Assembly (NCBI RefSeq): GCF_009834535.1
Contig: NC_045697.1
Location: 870,001 to 934,000 of the forward strand
Reading direction: 5' to 3'
Source: Camelus ferus
Taxonomy: Eukaryota
Length of the DNA stretch: 64,000 nt
A program made the position numbers and the translations under genes. The notes under the pieces are model-generated. The model saw nothing but the letters and a program-made list of their open reading frames with translations. It had not been told where the DNA came from and did no database searches. Shown in pieces: positions 1 through 10,495 of the stretch (positions within the stretch are counted from its first letter, which is position 1; each line of letters starts with the position of its first letter).

Positions 1-613
1 GAGTTATTTGCCATATGACCAAGTTGCAGAGATTTCTAGTGTAATCTGGGTAGGAACCCCTTGTCAGGCACCTGATCTGCAAAACTTGCCTTTGCACTCT
101 GTGTCCTTGGAGGCCCAAGCTGTCACCTTGCTGCTTGTGTGTCTGGCGTCAGTCCTGATGAGTCACTGTCACACCCGGTGTCACGAGGGTGTGCCCTTGT
201 GTTTTCTTCTAAGAATTCTGTGGTTTTAACTCATACACTTGGGGCTTTGATCCATTTTGGGTCAGTTTCTGTCTATGGCACGAGTCACCTTTAGAATCTG
301 TAAACAAAGGTCGCACCAGAACACAAAGGGCTCTTCCAGGCTGGCTGCACACTGCTGCTCAGCCAGGGATGCCCTTGGCCGTTACTCCTGGGGGGTCTGT
401 CAGCCCTTGTGTGTGACCCAACAAAACGACCCAGCCCCCAGCGTCATGAGCAGGACGGCAGCCCCGCCTTATAGCAAAGGGCCGTCTGTCCAGGGCAGAC
501 CGGGCCGTGGAAGGGGGCGGGGGGGTGCTTGGGAGCTGCCAAGCCAGCGTCCTGTGCCGGAGAGCTCTAGCCCGAGTCCCGCGGGCCGTGACGCACCCAC
601 CCGCTACTCTCAG

Positions 614-666
614 TTCTAGGCACGGGGGCTGAAGTCGACTACCTGGAGCAGTTTGGGGCTTCCTCG
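614..666 (+). CDS. TACC3: TACC3 exon 7 ([18 protein letters not shown])
   Basis: cag acceptor at 611-613, donor tcg|gtgagt; 53 nt; recognisable TACC3 peptide. Confidence 0.9.
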
Positions 667-3600
667 GTGAGTATCCTGCACCTCGTGGCAGCCTTTCCTC
701 AAGTGTGAGTCTCAAAAAGGGGCTGTTTCTGGAACAGCCCTGAGTCCCTGCCCTGCTTGGCAGTCACCAGGCTTTCTCAATTCGGGCAGTGTCTGTGTCT
801 GCCCAGGGCACAGGGCTGGCCGGTGGGGATGGTGTCTCCAGGCCCCTGTCCTGCAGCTGCTCCCAGCAGAGTCGTGTCCCCCTCCTGCGCCACGCAGGCC
901 ATGATCTGCCTGGGCCTGTCCCAGGCTCTGCGGGCTGTCGTGTCGGGGATGCCGCTGAACCTGCTCCCCCTACCGCAGCAGTTTAAGGAGTCAGCCCTGA
1001 GGAAGCAGTCCTTGTACCTCAAGTTCGACCCGCTCCTGCAGGACAGCCCTCGGAGACCGGTGCCCGCAGCCCCTGAGACCAGCAGGTGCGCCTCCCCTCT
1101 GTCCGCGGGCGAAAGGTGGGCTGGCAGGTGCGAACCTGAATTGGACACCGGCCGAGCAGCCCACAAATCCCGAGGCGCTCACTCAGCCCTTCGGGGAGAA
1201 CCTGGGCTGACCCCGCCCCGCAGGTAAACGACACGTGTGTTCTGTTTTGATCTCAGCGCACGGGGTGTGGACACGCCTTCCTCGGGAAGCCCCCCCGAGG
1301 CGAAGCTGGTGGAACTGGACTTCCTCGGCACCCCGGGTGTTCCCGTAAGTGCTTGGTTCCCCCCGCGGTGTGAAGAGACACGTGTTCTAAGGGCGTGGGA
1401 TCTATGTTCTGGGACCTGGGGGAAGGCGTCAGGAGGTCGGCTGGGCCTGGGCGCCGAGCTGTGCCGTCTGGGAAACCGGCGGAGACGAGCACCAGTGGAA
1501 CCTGCCCAGCCTGTCTCCGTCACCCCGCAGGCACTTGGCCCGATTCCATGTGACCTCGGGCCCGGGGGCCCGCTGTTGCCCGTGGGGCCCATTGTGGACG
1601 TGCTGCAGTACAGCCAGAGGGACCTGGACACAGCGGTGAGGATGAGTCGGGAGGACGGGCTCCCAGGCACGGCCCCGTAGGAGGGCCCCGTGGATGGCTC
1701 TGAGCTCTGGTCTTCCTCGTGCTGCTGCTCATGGAATCCTGGTGTCCACTTACGTACCCCTACCATTCACCCAGTTAGCTGAGGGTCTGGATGTCCTCAT
1801 TGGACACCACTCTGAGCTGCCCTAGGGGTGGCAAAGCAGGACAGCTAGCAGGGCTGGGCCTCAGCCCCCAAGTCTCCTTGCTGCCTAGGTGATGCCCTGG
1901 GTGGTCCCCTCTCAGGGAGGCCTGCATGCCAGGCCCCAGCCGGCAGCTGGATCCTCCCCGCCACTGGGCCTGCCCTCTGCAGGCTGCTCTCCCACCACGT
2001 CTGTACCACATGGTGTTCCTACCACATACCCAGCGCATGCAGGCCCCCTAGCCCGGTGATCGCTGAGTAGGACAGGAGGTACCGGCATGGGAGGGTGCCC
2101 AGCACCAATTCAGAGCTATGGTCCGCACAGGTGGAAGCAACACAGAAGGAGAACGAGGCACTGAGGAGCCAGTGCGCCGAGCTCCACACCAGGATCCTGG
2201 AGATGGGGTGAGGCCTGAGTGGCCACTGGGACCTGGGTGCCCACCTGCCCACCCGCCTGCCACAGCGCTCATGGCACATTTGCTCTCCTCCCACAGGAAG
2301 ATCATGGATGGGTTTGAGGGGACCGTGTATCAAGCGATGGGTGAGTGCCGGGCGCCCGCAGCCTTTCTTCCCAGCAGCTCCCTCCTGCGAGCTAAGCCCA
2401 CATGCCCACACTCCCTGCAGTGGAGCAGCTGGCGGTCAGGGAGGCCAGGTGGCTCTGGGCCACTGGCACTTATCAACCCCAAAATTGGCCAGCCCCTGAG
2501 CTGGCATCTAGGGCCAAGGCCAGGAAAGATAGGGTCCCTCCCGTAGGTGCTGCACTGCGGTCTCCCCCTCCCCCAGGTGGCTGCTTGTCCAGCTTCAGCC
2601 ACTGGGTGCCGGGCACTGGGCACGTCCAGGCTGGGGTGGGTGTGGCTGTGGGCTCTGAGCGTCTTGGCCCCACCTCTTCCCAGGACCTCTGCAGTTGGGC
2701 CCTGGGTTCACTATCCACTGCCTCTGGGTCTGGGTGGAGCTGGGGGGAGGAAATGGCTGTTTCTTGGGCACTTGTGGCCCCTAGGTCCTGCCTGGGAAGA
2801 TCACAGGAGAGCGACCGTCACCTCGCCCCAGTGGGTCCTCCGGCCGCCCGCCCTGGTCTCTTGCCATGGGTGTCCCCCAATCCCAAGTGCTGGTTTTCTT
2901 TCCTGAAGAGGAGGCTCAGAAACAGAAGGAACTTGCCAGAGTTGAGATCCAGAAGGTTCTGAAGGAAAAGGACCAGCTTACTGCAGACTTGCACTCCATG
3001 GAGAAGTCTTTTTCTGATCTTTTCAAGCGGTTTGAGAAACAGAAAGAGGTGATCGAAGGCTACCGTGCGGTAGGTACCAGGGCCAGCGCAAGGCTGTGGG
3101 GCCAGCAGGCATTGGCCTTGTCTCCAGTGAGGCAAGGTGACAAGTGCTGGCGGGGCCTGGAGGCTGCGGGGGGGAGCTGAGCCTTCGGGTTGCATCTGGG
3201 AAGCAGGTTGATGTGGGCCCCTGGGGTGTGGGGGCCCCAGGTTCCAGCCCTGGCTGTCGGTTTTGTCATCTGCAACCTCACGTGCATGCCTGCAAGGTTG
3301 TCCCCTTGCAGAGATCGCCATGTCCAGTCCCCACTGCTGTCTTCACCCATCCTGGGCCAGTTTGGAGACCCGGCCCCCAAAGCCCGGGGCTGGGAGGGGA
3401 GGCAGGAGAGTAGGGGCCGTACAGGTGGGCTCTGTGTGCCAGGCAGGCTGAGGGACGGGCAGGAGGCCCGTGGGTGTCAGAGGGTGAGGCCCAGTGTCCG
3501 AGGACCCTCCTGAACCCCAGGATGGGGAGGCCTAGGGCTGTGTGTGTGGTAGGCTGTCCTTAGAAGGAAATGGGGAGTGCTGCTCCCACGTGGCCTCGTC

Positions 3601-4249
3601 CACTGCTATTTCACGAACGACCAGAGAGCCGGCGCTGGGGAACCGCCCCCACCTGACCTGGGGGTCCCCCAGACCGCTCCTGAATGCGGTCAGACAGCAA
3701 CATGCCATCAGTCAGAGTTCACATCACTCTTCCTTAAAGAACGAAGAGTCCCTGAAGCAATGTGTGGAGGGCTACATAGGGAGGATCGAGAAGGAGGGCC
3801 AGAGGTACCAGGCGCTGAAGGCCCACGCAGAGGAGAAGCTCCAGCTGTGAGTGATGCAGCCTGGGGCTGGGGAGCGGGGACGGGAAGAGGCCCCAAGTCG
3901 GGGCTCAGCCCTGCTGCCCTCCACTGCTCCAGGGCCAACGAGGAGATCGCGCAGGTCCGCAGCAAGGCCCAGGCGGAGGCTCTGGCGCTGCAGGCAGTCC
4001 TGAGGAAGGAGCAGATGCGGGTCCACTCCCTGGAGAAGGTCGTGGAGCAGAAGGTGGGTGTGGGGTCCCAGGGGTCCGGGCAGAGCCGGGGAGGAGCAGA
4101 CCCCTGGTTCTAGAAGCCCTGGAGCTGCTCCCGACTCCTCGGAGCACTGTGAGAATTCTCAGGATTCGACTTCCCTCCTCCAGACTAAGGAAAACGATGA
4201 ACTGACCAGGATCTGTGACGACCTCATTTCCAAGATGGAGAAAATCTGA
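614..4249 (+). CDS. TACC3: Transforming acidic coiled-coil protein 3, 3' part (exons 7-16, spliced; 5' exons lie outside the window)
   Basis: Ten GT/AG-bounded exons splice in frame to [37 protein letters not shown]...[21 protein letters not shown]. This includes the Aurora-A site RKQSL and the C-terminal TACC coiled-coil. Adjacent to FGFR3 as expected from conserved synteny. Confidence 0.98.
982..1085 (+). CDS. TACC3: TACC3 exon 8 ([34 protein letters not shown])
   Basis: Tandem cagcag acceptor at 976-981 (alternative start 979), donor ag|gtgcgc; Ser codon of RKQS at 1009-1011. Confidence 0.95.
1257..1344 (+). CDS. TACC3: TACC3 exon 9 ([30 protein letters not shown])
   Basis: tctcag acceptor, ccc|gtaagt donor; 88 nt; phase compatible with neighbours. 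Confidence 0.92.
1531..1635 (+). CDS. TACC3: TACC3 exon 10 (ALGPIP...[17 protein letters not shown])
   Basis: ccgcag acceptor, gcg|gtgagg donor; 105 nt. Confidence 0.94.
2131..2207 (+). CDS. TACC3: TACC3 exon 11 ([26 protein letters not shown])
   Basis: gcacag acceptor, gg|gtgagg donor; 77 nt; start of the coiled coil. Confidence 0.94.
2297..2340 (+). CDS. TACC3: TACC3 exon 12 ([14 protein letters not shown])
   Basis: ccacag acceptor, g|gtgagt donor; 44 nt. Confidence 0.94.
2909..3069 (+). CDS. TACC3: TACC3 exon 13 ([16 protein letters not shown]...KEVIEGYRA)
   Basis: Pyrimidine tract plus aag acceptor, gcg|gtaggt donor; 161 nt. Confidence 0.95.
3740..3846 (+). CDS. TACC3: TACC3 exon 14 ([36 protein letters not shown])
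   Basis: ttaaag acceptor, ct|gtgagt donor; 107 nt. Confidence 0.95.
3933..4053 (+). CDS. TACC3: TACC3 exon 15 ([15 protein letters not shown]...LEKVVEQK)
   Basis: ctccag acceptor, aag|gtgggt donor; 121 nt. Confidence 0.95.
4184..4249 (+). CDS. TACC3: TACC3 terminal exon 16, coding part ([21 protein letters not shown])
   Basis: ctccag acceptor; TGA at 4247-4249; characteristic TACC C-terminus. Confidence 0.96.
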   Translation, partial: TKENDELTRICDDLISKMEKI

Positions 4250-4280
4250 TGGGGAGGTCCTGACCTGTGCCCGGCTCTCC

Positions 4281-4296
4281 TGTGTGTGTGTGTGTG
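4281..4296 (+). repeat. (TG)8 microsatellite in the TACC3 3' UTR
   Basis: tgtgtgtgtgtgtgtg read directly. Confidence 0.9.
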
Positions 4297-4371
4297 TCTG
4301 TCTGACTCTTTTTTCTTCTCTATATTAACCTTAACTCGTTTTTAAACTAGGTTGCTTTAGGAAGAAGACCA

Positions 4372-4377
4372 AATAAA
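4372..4377 (+). terminator. TACC3 polyadenylation signal (AATAAA)
   Basis: First AATAAA about 120 nt after the stop, with T-rich sequence upstream and GT-rich sequence (ggttgtcctggtcttg) downstream. Confidence 0.85.
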
Positions 4378-5929
4378 GTTTCCCTTAAGTCTAAGCACTG
4401 AGGTTGTCCTGGTCTTGACTGAAGTGAAAGTTTCCGGCTCTGGCCCGACCGAGGCTGAGCCACCCAGGCTGCCGTCCACTCTGCACCGTCAGCCTGCCCC
4501 TGCCCCGTACCTCCTCCGGAGCCGCTCGGTGGGCGCGGGCGGGCATGTGGGCGGGCAGCCCGCCCTAGGGACGACGAAGTGGGCCCAAGTCTGTCCTGGG
4601 GCGTGGTATCTCTGCCTCATGACCACAGATCAAAATCCAAACAGACCAAAGTTTTAATGTGAGGAAGCAAACCTAAACCAGCCACGGAGAGGGTTGGCTT
4701 TGTGTCACCTGGCTAGGCCTCGGCCCCATTAATCGAATAGTCACTGAGGTGTCGCTGGTGCGTCTCGTAGCCGTGCCGAGATCATACCTATGGTCGATAG
4801 TTCCAAGCTGTCTTGACAGCAGGGAGGGCCTCCTCCTGTCCCCAGAGACCGTTCCCAAGGAAGAAGGGACTCCATCTCCTGACCAGCAGCTCCTGCTGGG
4901 TTTCCAGGCTGCAGACCCACAGTCTCCTGAGCCAGTTCTGTGAGGGAATCTGAGAAGGTGGCGTCAAGCAACCTACGGGCTGCTTCTCGGTCTAGGACAG
5001 ACTTTTGTAGCTCCTGAAAAATGCTCTGCCTCTAAAAACTCAAGTAAGAAATAAGGCCTGAGTAGGGTTTCCAAGTCCACGCCCCCGGCCCCAGTGGCTG
5101 CATCTCTGGTCCCCCAGGGCCCACTCCAGAGGAGGGGCGCGTCACACTTGCTGGACCCTTGGACACGGGCCAGAGCACTGCCCTTGTCTTGGTCCCTTGC
5201 TCACTGACCCTGTGATACAGGGGACGGGGCTGGGGAGGCACTTTGAGGTGAACTCCAGGGACAGGCACGCGGGGTGTATGGCAGCCCCCAGAAGTCCTTC
5301 TGAACTGGGCAGGGTCCTGGCCCGCAGGGCATCAGGGGACCCTGGGCACGGGCCGGCAGAGAGCTGGTCGGACACTCGTCTCTGAAACTGAGACCTAGAG
5401 CCATGTCCTCACACCGTGGCCCCCAGAACCAGGAGGAGGGCAGCCTGAGGTTCTGCGTTCCCAGCCCATTCCCGATGGTGCTGGTGCTGCCGGCCCAGAC
5501 CTCACTGTCGTCAAGCGGACAAAGGACACGGGCGAGAAAGCACCAAACCTACCGAGGAACCACCAGCAAAGGACACTCTCTCATCAACCACGGGGGGGGG
5601 TCCCCACACAGGGACCCAGGCCGAGGCCTGCCTGGTTAGAAGACCTCTGAGCATGCCTCAGGCAAAGGCCCCAGCCCAGACCTCCCCAGGACCCATCTTC
5701 TCCCCAGGATGGACTCCCAGGTGGGCCGCAGCCGCAGGCCGGCCGCCACCAGGGGTCGCTGCTGGCCACGGGCCACAGCATGGACTGGAACCTGGTGGCA
5801 GCCTCACTGGGGAGCAACCCCCACACCATGGGCCCCGACGGGCACACAGCGCGTTTGTCCTCAGTGCGTTCAGAGGGACTAAAGGCCAGGAGGGGGCCCA
5901 GGGGGCCACTCTGCCCAGGCTCCAGCCCC

Positions 5930-6060
5930 CATCGGTACAGCCGCCACAGTCATTTTACAACAACCAAAATCAAGCATGTCCCTCCTGTGCTCAAGAACCT
6001 GCCATGGCTACCAGCTCCCAGTGTAAGGGCCAAGCCCCTGGGCTGGGCCAGACCCTCCCA
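5930..6060 (+). mobile_element. LINE2 (L2) fragment
   Basis: acagccgccacagtcattttacaacaaccaaaatcaagcatgtccctcctgtgctcaagaacctgccatggct resembles the L2 3' region as recalled; boundaries approximate. Confidence 0.55.
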
Positions 6061-7223
6061 CCAGGCCAGCCCCAGGCCATGGGCCCTCTTTAGAAAAGAG
6101 GCTGGTGGCCCTCAAGGCCTACGCAGAGGCCACCCTCAGCCTCCTCCTGGCAGGCAGGCTGGCCACTGGCCAGGGGTCTGGGATTCCTCATCACGCTGGA
6201 CCCCCTACCTGGAGTGATGCAGGCTCCTGCCCTCACTGTGCAGACCCCAAGCCTGCCCCAAACCTGGTGCCCCGTTCCCGGCTCCCACCCCAATGTCAGC
6301 CCCACCCCTGTCCCTGGACAAGAATCTCTCTCACCCCCCTCCCCTGCACAGTGACCGACCCCCTTTCAGCCCCTGGATGGGTACCCCACACCTCACTCCC
6401 ACCCAGGAGGAGCTCAGAAGCTGAGGGACCTCAAAATCCTGCTGAGGCCCATTTCACAGGTGAGGAAACTAGGCCACAGGGACCAGTAACTAATGGCTGG
6501 GGAGGCCCTGCAGGGTACAGGGTGTGGGCACCCCTCTCCTGCCTGGGCAGACGGGGGAGGGCTGCCGCCTCCAAGCTGACCAGCTGCTCTGCGGCTAGGA
6601 GCAGTGGTGTCCTCAGCTCCCTGCAGGTGTGCCCCCGCTTCTCCTTGCAGGCTCCGGGCTGCTCTGGAGGGGCTTGGAGGGGCATCCTCCTCACCTGGCT
6701 CAGCCTGGCCTCTCTGGCCACTCCAAGAGCTGCCTGGGGCCCTGTCCCCAGCCGGGGCCTCTCTGAGCCAGGCCAAGAGTCTGCCCAGAGGCCACGAGGG
6801 GCGGCTGGCCATACTAAGGACACAGGCCGCCGGGCAGCATCCTGGGCCGGGAGCCTCTCTCTGGACAAAGGGGCCTTGTGCGGCTGAATGGGTGTTTATC
6901 CTGGAGCCCGAGTTAACTTGGGGCCACGAGGCCGGGTGGGGGCCCTGGCACTGGCCTTCCAAGGGTAAACACGACCTGAGCTGGGCATGCAGCCGCAGGC
7001 CTGGTCTTCTGCACCCCTGGGCTCCCTGCACATCGTCACCACCAAGCCAGGGGACCTCCTACCAGGATGGGGACGTGGGGAAACAGAGCTGTCCTGGGGC
7101 CACCTCCTCGTTCTCTTAGCTGAGCAGGGAGAATTATGGGAATGGCGGCAGCAGAGGCCTCGTGGACCGAGCCTCCCAGACACTGAACCCTCCCCATGGC
7201 ATGGCGGGAACCTGGCTTCTTAC

Positions 7224-7580
7224 TGTTACAGAACAGATGTGTGTCCCCCCAAAATTCATGTGCTGAAACCCTAGCCCCAGGGTGATGGTATCAGGAGGTG
7301 GGGCCTTTGGGAGGTGATTAGGGTTGGATGGGGTCGTGAGTGTGGGGTCCCCATGATGGAGTTAATGTCCTTACAGGAAAAGGAAGAGAACAGACCTCCT
7401 CTGCCTCCACTGTGAGGGGCCAGCAAGAAGGCGGCCGTCTGCAGGCCAGGAGCGGGCCCTCACCCTGAAGCAAGCTGGCCTCCACTCTGAGCTCAGACTT
7501 CCTCCAGGACCGTGAGAAAATAAATGTCTGTTGTTTAAGGCCCAGGCTGTGGTACTTTGTCACAGCAGCCTGCGTCGACA
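7224..7580 (+). mobile_element. MaLR solo LTR, MLT1A-like
   Basis: TG start; tgtgtccccccaaaattcatgtgctgaaaccctagcccc; ggggcctttgggaggtgattagg; and 3' motif gtgagaaaataaatgtctgttgtttaag...gtggtactttgtcacagcagcc, typical of MLT1. Confidence 0.85.
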
Positions 7581-9289
7581 TGACTGGGGCTGCCTGGCCC
7601 AAGGCCACCCACTGCCCACTGTCCCCCTGCAGCTGTGACCACCCCCACCCTGAGCTGGCATCCCACCCGGAGAAGGCAGGGCCAATGGGGCCTCACTGCC
7701 CACCACCCTTCTCAGAGGGTCCATCTCGGGCCACCCTGGGCTGCTTTTGGCCCTCTCAGTGGGCTGAGGGGTGCCAGTAGCTGCCTCATGTCTCGGTTAT
7801 GGCTCTCTGTGGCCAGCCGCTGCCAGCCACGTGGCCAAGCCCCTGACAGGGACGGGAATGCAGGGAGACTGGCCAAAATGGGACCCCTTGCCGAGCCCCC
7901 TCTCCAGGCCCCCATCTGATACCTGCCCTCCCACCTGCAGGTCACCCCCAGCTTTCCTGGAACCCAGAGCTGCCTCCCCTCACAACTGCCCCAGCCCAGG
8001 CTGGGCCCCAGACCCACCTCAGTCCCTCATGGTCCAAGCCAACGGGAGTTGCTGCCAGGCCAAGCAGGTGCCTGGAAGTCTTTTCTGGCACTGCCATCCC
8101 ATCCGTGGGTCCTTCCCCGGGGGCATCTGTGCTGTGCGTGCCTCGGTGACCCAGCATGCAGGCCCAGACTCTGCGCTCCCTCACTGACCCCTTGGGCTGC
8201 CCCAGTGCCTCGGTTCATGTTCCTGTGTCCTCCCAGGGGTCCTAGACAGGGGGCCCAGCAGACCACCACACACTCAGGAAGTGGGGGCACACTGGGGAAC
8301 AGCTGGCCCCTCTGGGCAGGACCGGGCCAGAGGAGGAGCGTCCTCACTCAGCTGAAGCCATCCTCCGGGGCTGTGTGGTGTGTGTCCGTGAGGGGGCGCA
8401 CGCCTGCGCCTGCAGGGTCTGTGTGTGTGGGGACAGGCATGCACATCCTGGCCCTGGCCCCGAGCAGCCTCCACTCCCCAGACCCCAGACCCCAGGCGGC
8501 CTGTACTACCCCCAGCCCTGGCCCAGCCCCAGGTCTCCTGACCCCACCCAGGTACTCGGACCCCCACGCGCCCTGACCCAGACTGCTGGGGCTGCGCAGA
8601 AGCCATTGAGTCCAGCGGCCCGCAGGGGGCATTGTTGAGCCAGTCTGAGGCTGGCTGAGCAGTGACCGTGTCCTCAGAGCGATCCAGACCGGCCCCTCCC
8701 CTCCACACCACTGTGGGAGTGGAGGGCCCACCCCCTTTTGTGCCCTGCCAACTCTTGGGGGGTGCTGATCTTCCCCTTTCACAGTGTCCCTCCATCCTTT
8801 AGACCCTTGTGCATGGCCCAGGCCCTCTCCAGCTTGTGAACGGCAGAGCCCGGGCCCAGGGAGTGTAGGGGGCTGGCACCATCGCCACTGAGGGTCTGAA
8901 CAAGCCTGCGTGGGGCTGCGAGATGGGTCTACAGCAGAGCCCAGGCCCTCCCTCCCCAGTCCAGGCTTTGTCCAGCCCAGTGATTTTCTGGGCTGCCCTG
9001 TGGTGAGGCGGACACTGCACTCCGGCCTCTGAACCACCAGCTAGGCCGCCGAGGCACACAGTGGCCCTCACTTCCATAAGGCTTCCAGAGTGGCCGGACT
9101 CCTCGGAGAAACATCCCTTGTTCCAAACCTGGTGCTGGGCACCAAGCAATCTGGACAGTACACAGGTGTTCGTAGAGTGAATGGATGAATGGGATTGCGG
9201 GCACCAAAGACCTCCCTCAGACCCCCTGGCTTTAGGGTAGGAAGTAAGGTGAGGAGTCACGCCCCTTGCAGACAGTGGGTGGGATGAAA

Positions 9290-9350
9290 GGCAGTGAGCG
9301 AGCGAGTGAGTGAATGAGTGAATGAGTGCGTGAATGAGGGAGGGAGGGAG
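9290..9350 (+). repeat. Degenerate (GAGT/GAAT)n simple repeat
   Basis: gtgagcgagcgagtgagtgaatgagtgaatgagtgcgtgaatgag read directly. Confidence 0.6.
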
Positions 9351-9602
9351 CGGGGCTGTGCCCGGTGGGGCAATGGCCAGGTCCCCACAGATGGTGTCCT
9401 CTAAGGCCCCACCCTGCTAGAGGACTGTCCCTCTCCTGTCCCCCTTCCTCGTACACTGGCTGCCTGTCCGTCCACCCCTCGGTGCCCACTCCTGAGTCAA
9501 GCAGGTGCTGACCAGGCCTGGCTGTGGAGCTGAGACAGGGGTGGACAACAGAGAACGTGAGACACTGAGTATTGGCCTCTGAGTCTGGACAGAAGGTGCT
9601 CT

Positions 9603-9739
9603 GGGGGAAGGATGCAGCTCTGCGGCGGAGCGCGTGCTCAGCATGCACGAGGCCCCGGTTCAGTCCCTGGGGCCTCCTCTAAAAATAAACACAGAAGAAA
9701 ATAAATAAATAAACCTAACTACCTCCCCTCTTATAAAAA
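9603..9739 (+). mobile_element. tRNA-Ala(AGC)-derived SINE, Vic-1-like (camelid)
   Basis: Head ggggaaggatgcagctctgcggcggagcgcgtgctcagcatgcacgaggccccggttcagtccc follows tRNA-Ala, with anticodon stem CGTGC/GCACG around AGC at 9640-9642. It is followed by an (A)nT tail and cctaactacctcccc; degenerate TSD agaaggtgctct / agaaagggctcct. Confidence 0.8.
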
Positions 9740-10354
9740 GAAAGGGCTCCTGAGTGGGGCAGGGTGGCTGCCTTGGGTGCTGGCAGGTGGACGGGCGGGC
9801 GCGACACTGGCCTCGGCTGCTGTCTGCCCACTGGGTCTTCGTCTGTCCACTCGTAGGGGCCGGACCGGACCTGCCTGAGAGCCTGTTCTGGCAGGCGCCA
9901 CTCAGTGGGCAAAATCTGGGAGGGGTCTTGGGAGGGAAGGTGGGGGTCCTGCAGAGTGTCAGAGAGCCAGAGGGCTAGGGCAGTGCTGGGGTTAAAGCGA
10001 GCTGGAAGGGTCCCACCAGGGGGCACCCTTTCCCAGGTGTGCCCAGCCTGGTGGGTGACCCCCCACCAACCAGGCAGCAGGGCCACGAGCCACAGGCAGT
10101 GCCTCGGCGGAACCACACTGTCTAGTCGCACGGCCTGTGGGGACACAGCAGTGAAGGGGCCCCAGGGCTTCCATCGGGGTGACCTCAGTCCTGCCCTGCC
10201 CTCTGCCCTGCCCAGAGCTGTCTGCTCTCATCTCCCAGGGCCCACGCCAGGAGACAGCTCCAGGAGGCAGCAGACCCCCACCAGCACCGAGCCCGGCATC
10301 CCGTCAGTCCTGAGGAGCGGGACCCTGAGACTCGAAGACAGCGCCACACGCTGG

Positions 10355-10495
10355 GTCATTCATTCATTCACACGACAGACGTATGCTGAGCACCCCCTCT
10401 GTTCCAAGCTTTGTTCTAGGCCCTGGGGTCAGCCGGGGACAGACCCGTCCAGTCCCTGCCCTGCTGGAGCCAACTTTCTGGCTAGGGTGGGGTGG
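10355..10495 (-). mobile_element. LINE2 3'-end fragment
   Basis: cattcattcattca...tgctgagcaccccctctgttccaagctttgttctaggccctgggg...ccctgccctgctggagc is the reverse complement of the typical L2 tail. Confidence 0.7.

Noticed and set aside
1..613. Additional upstream TACC3 exon
   Set aside because: No TACC3-like peptide with splice sites was recognised; treated as intron.
9603..9676. Functional tRNA-Ala gene
   Set aside because: The D-arm and T-arm are degenerate (ggttcagtccc), there is no oligo-T terminator, and the A-rich tail and TSD indicate a SINE.
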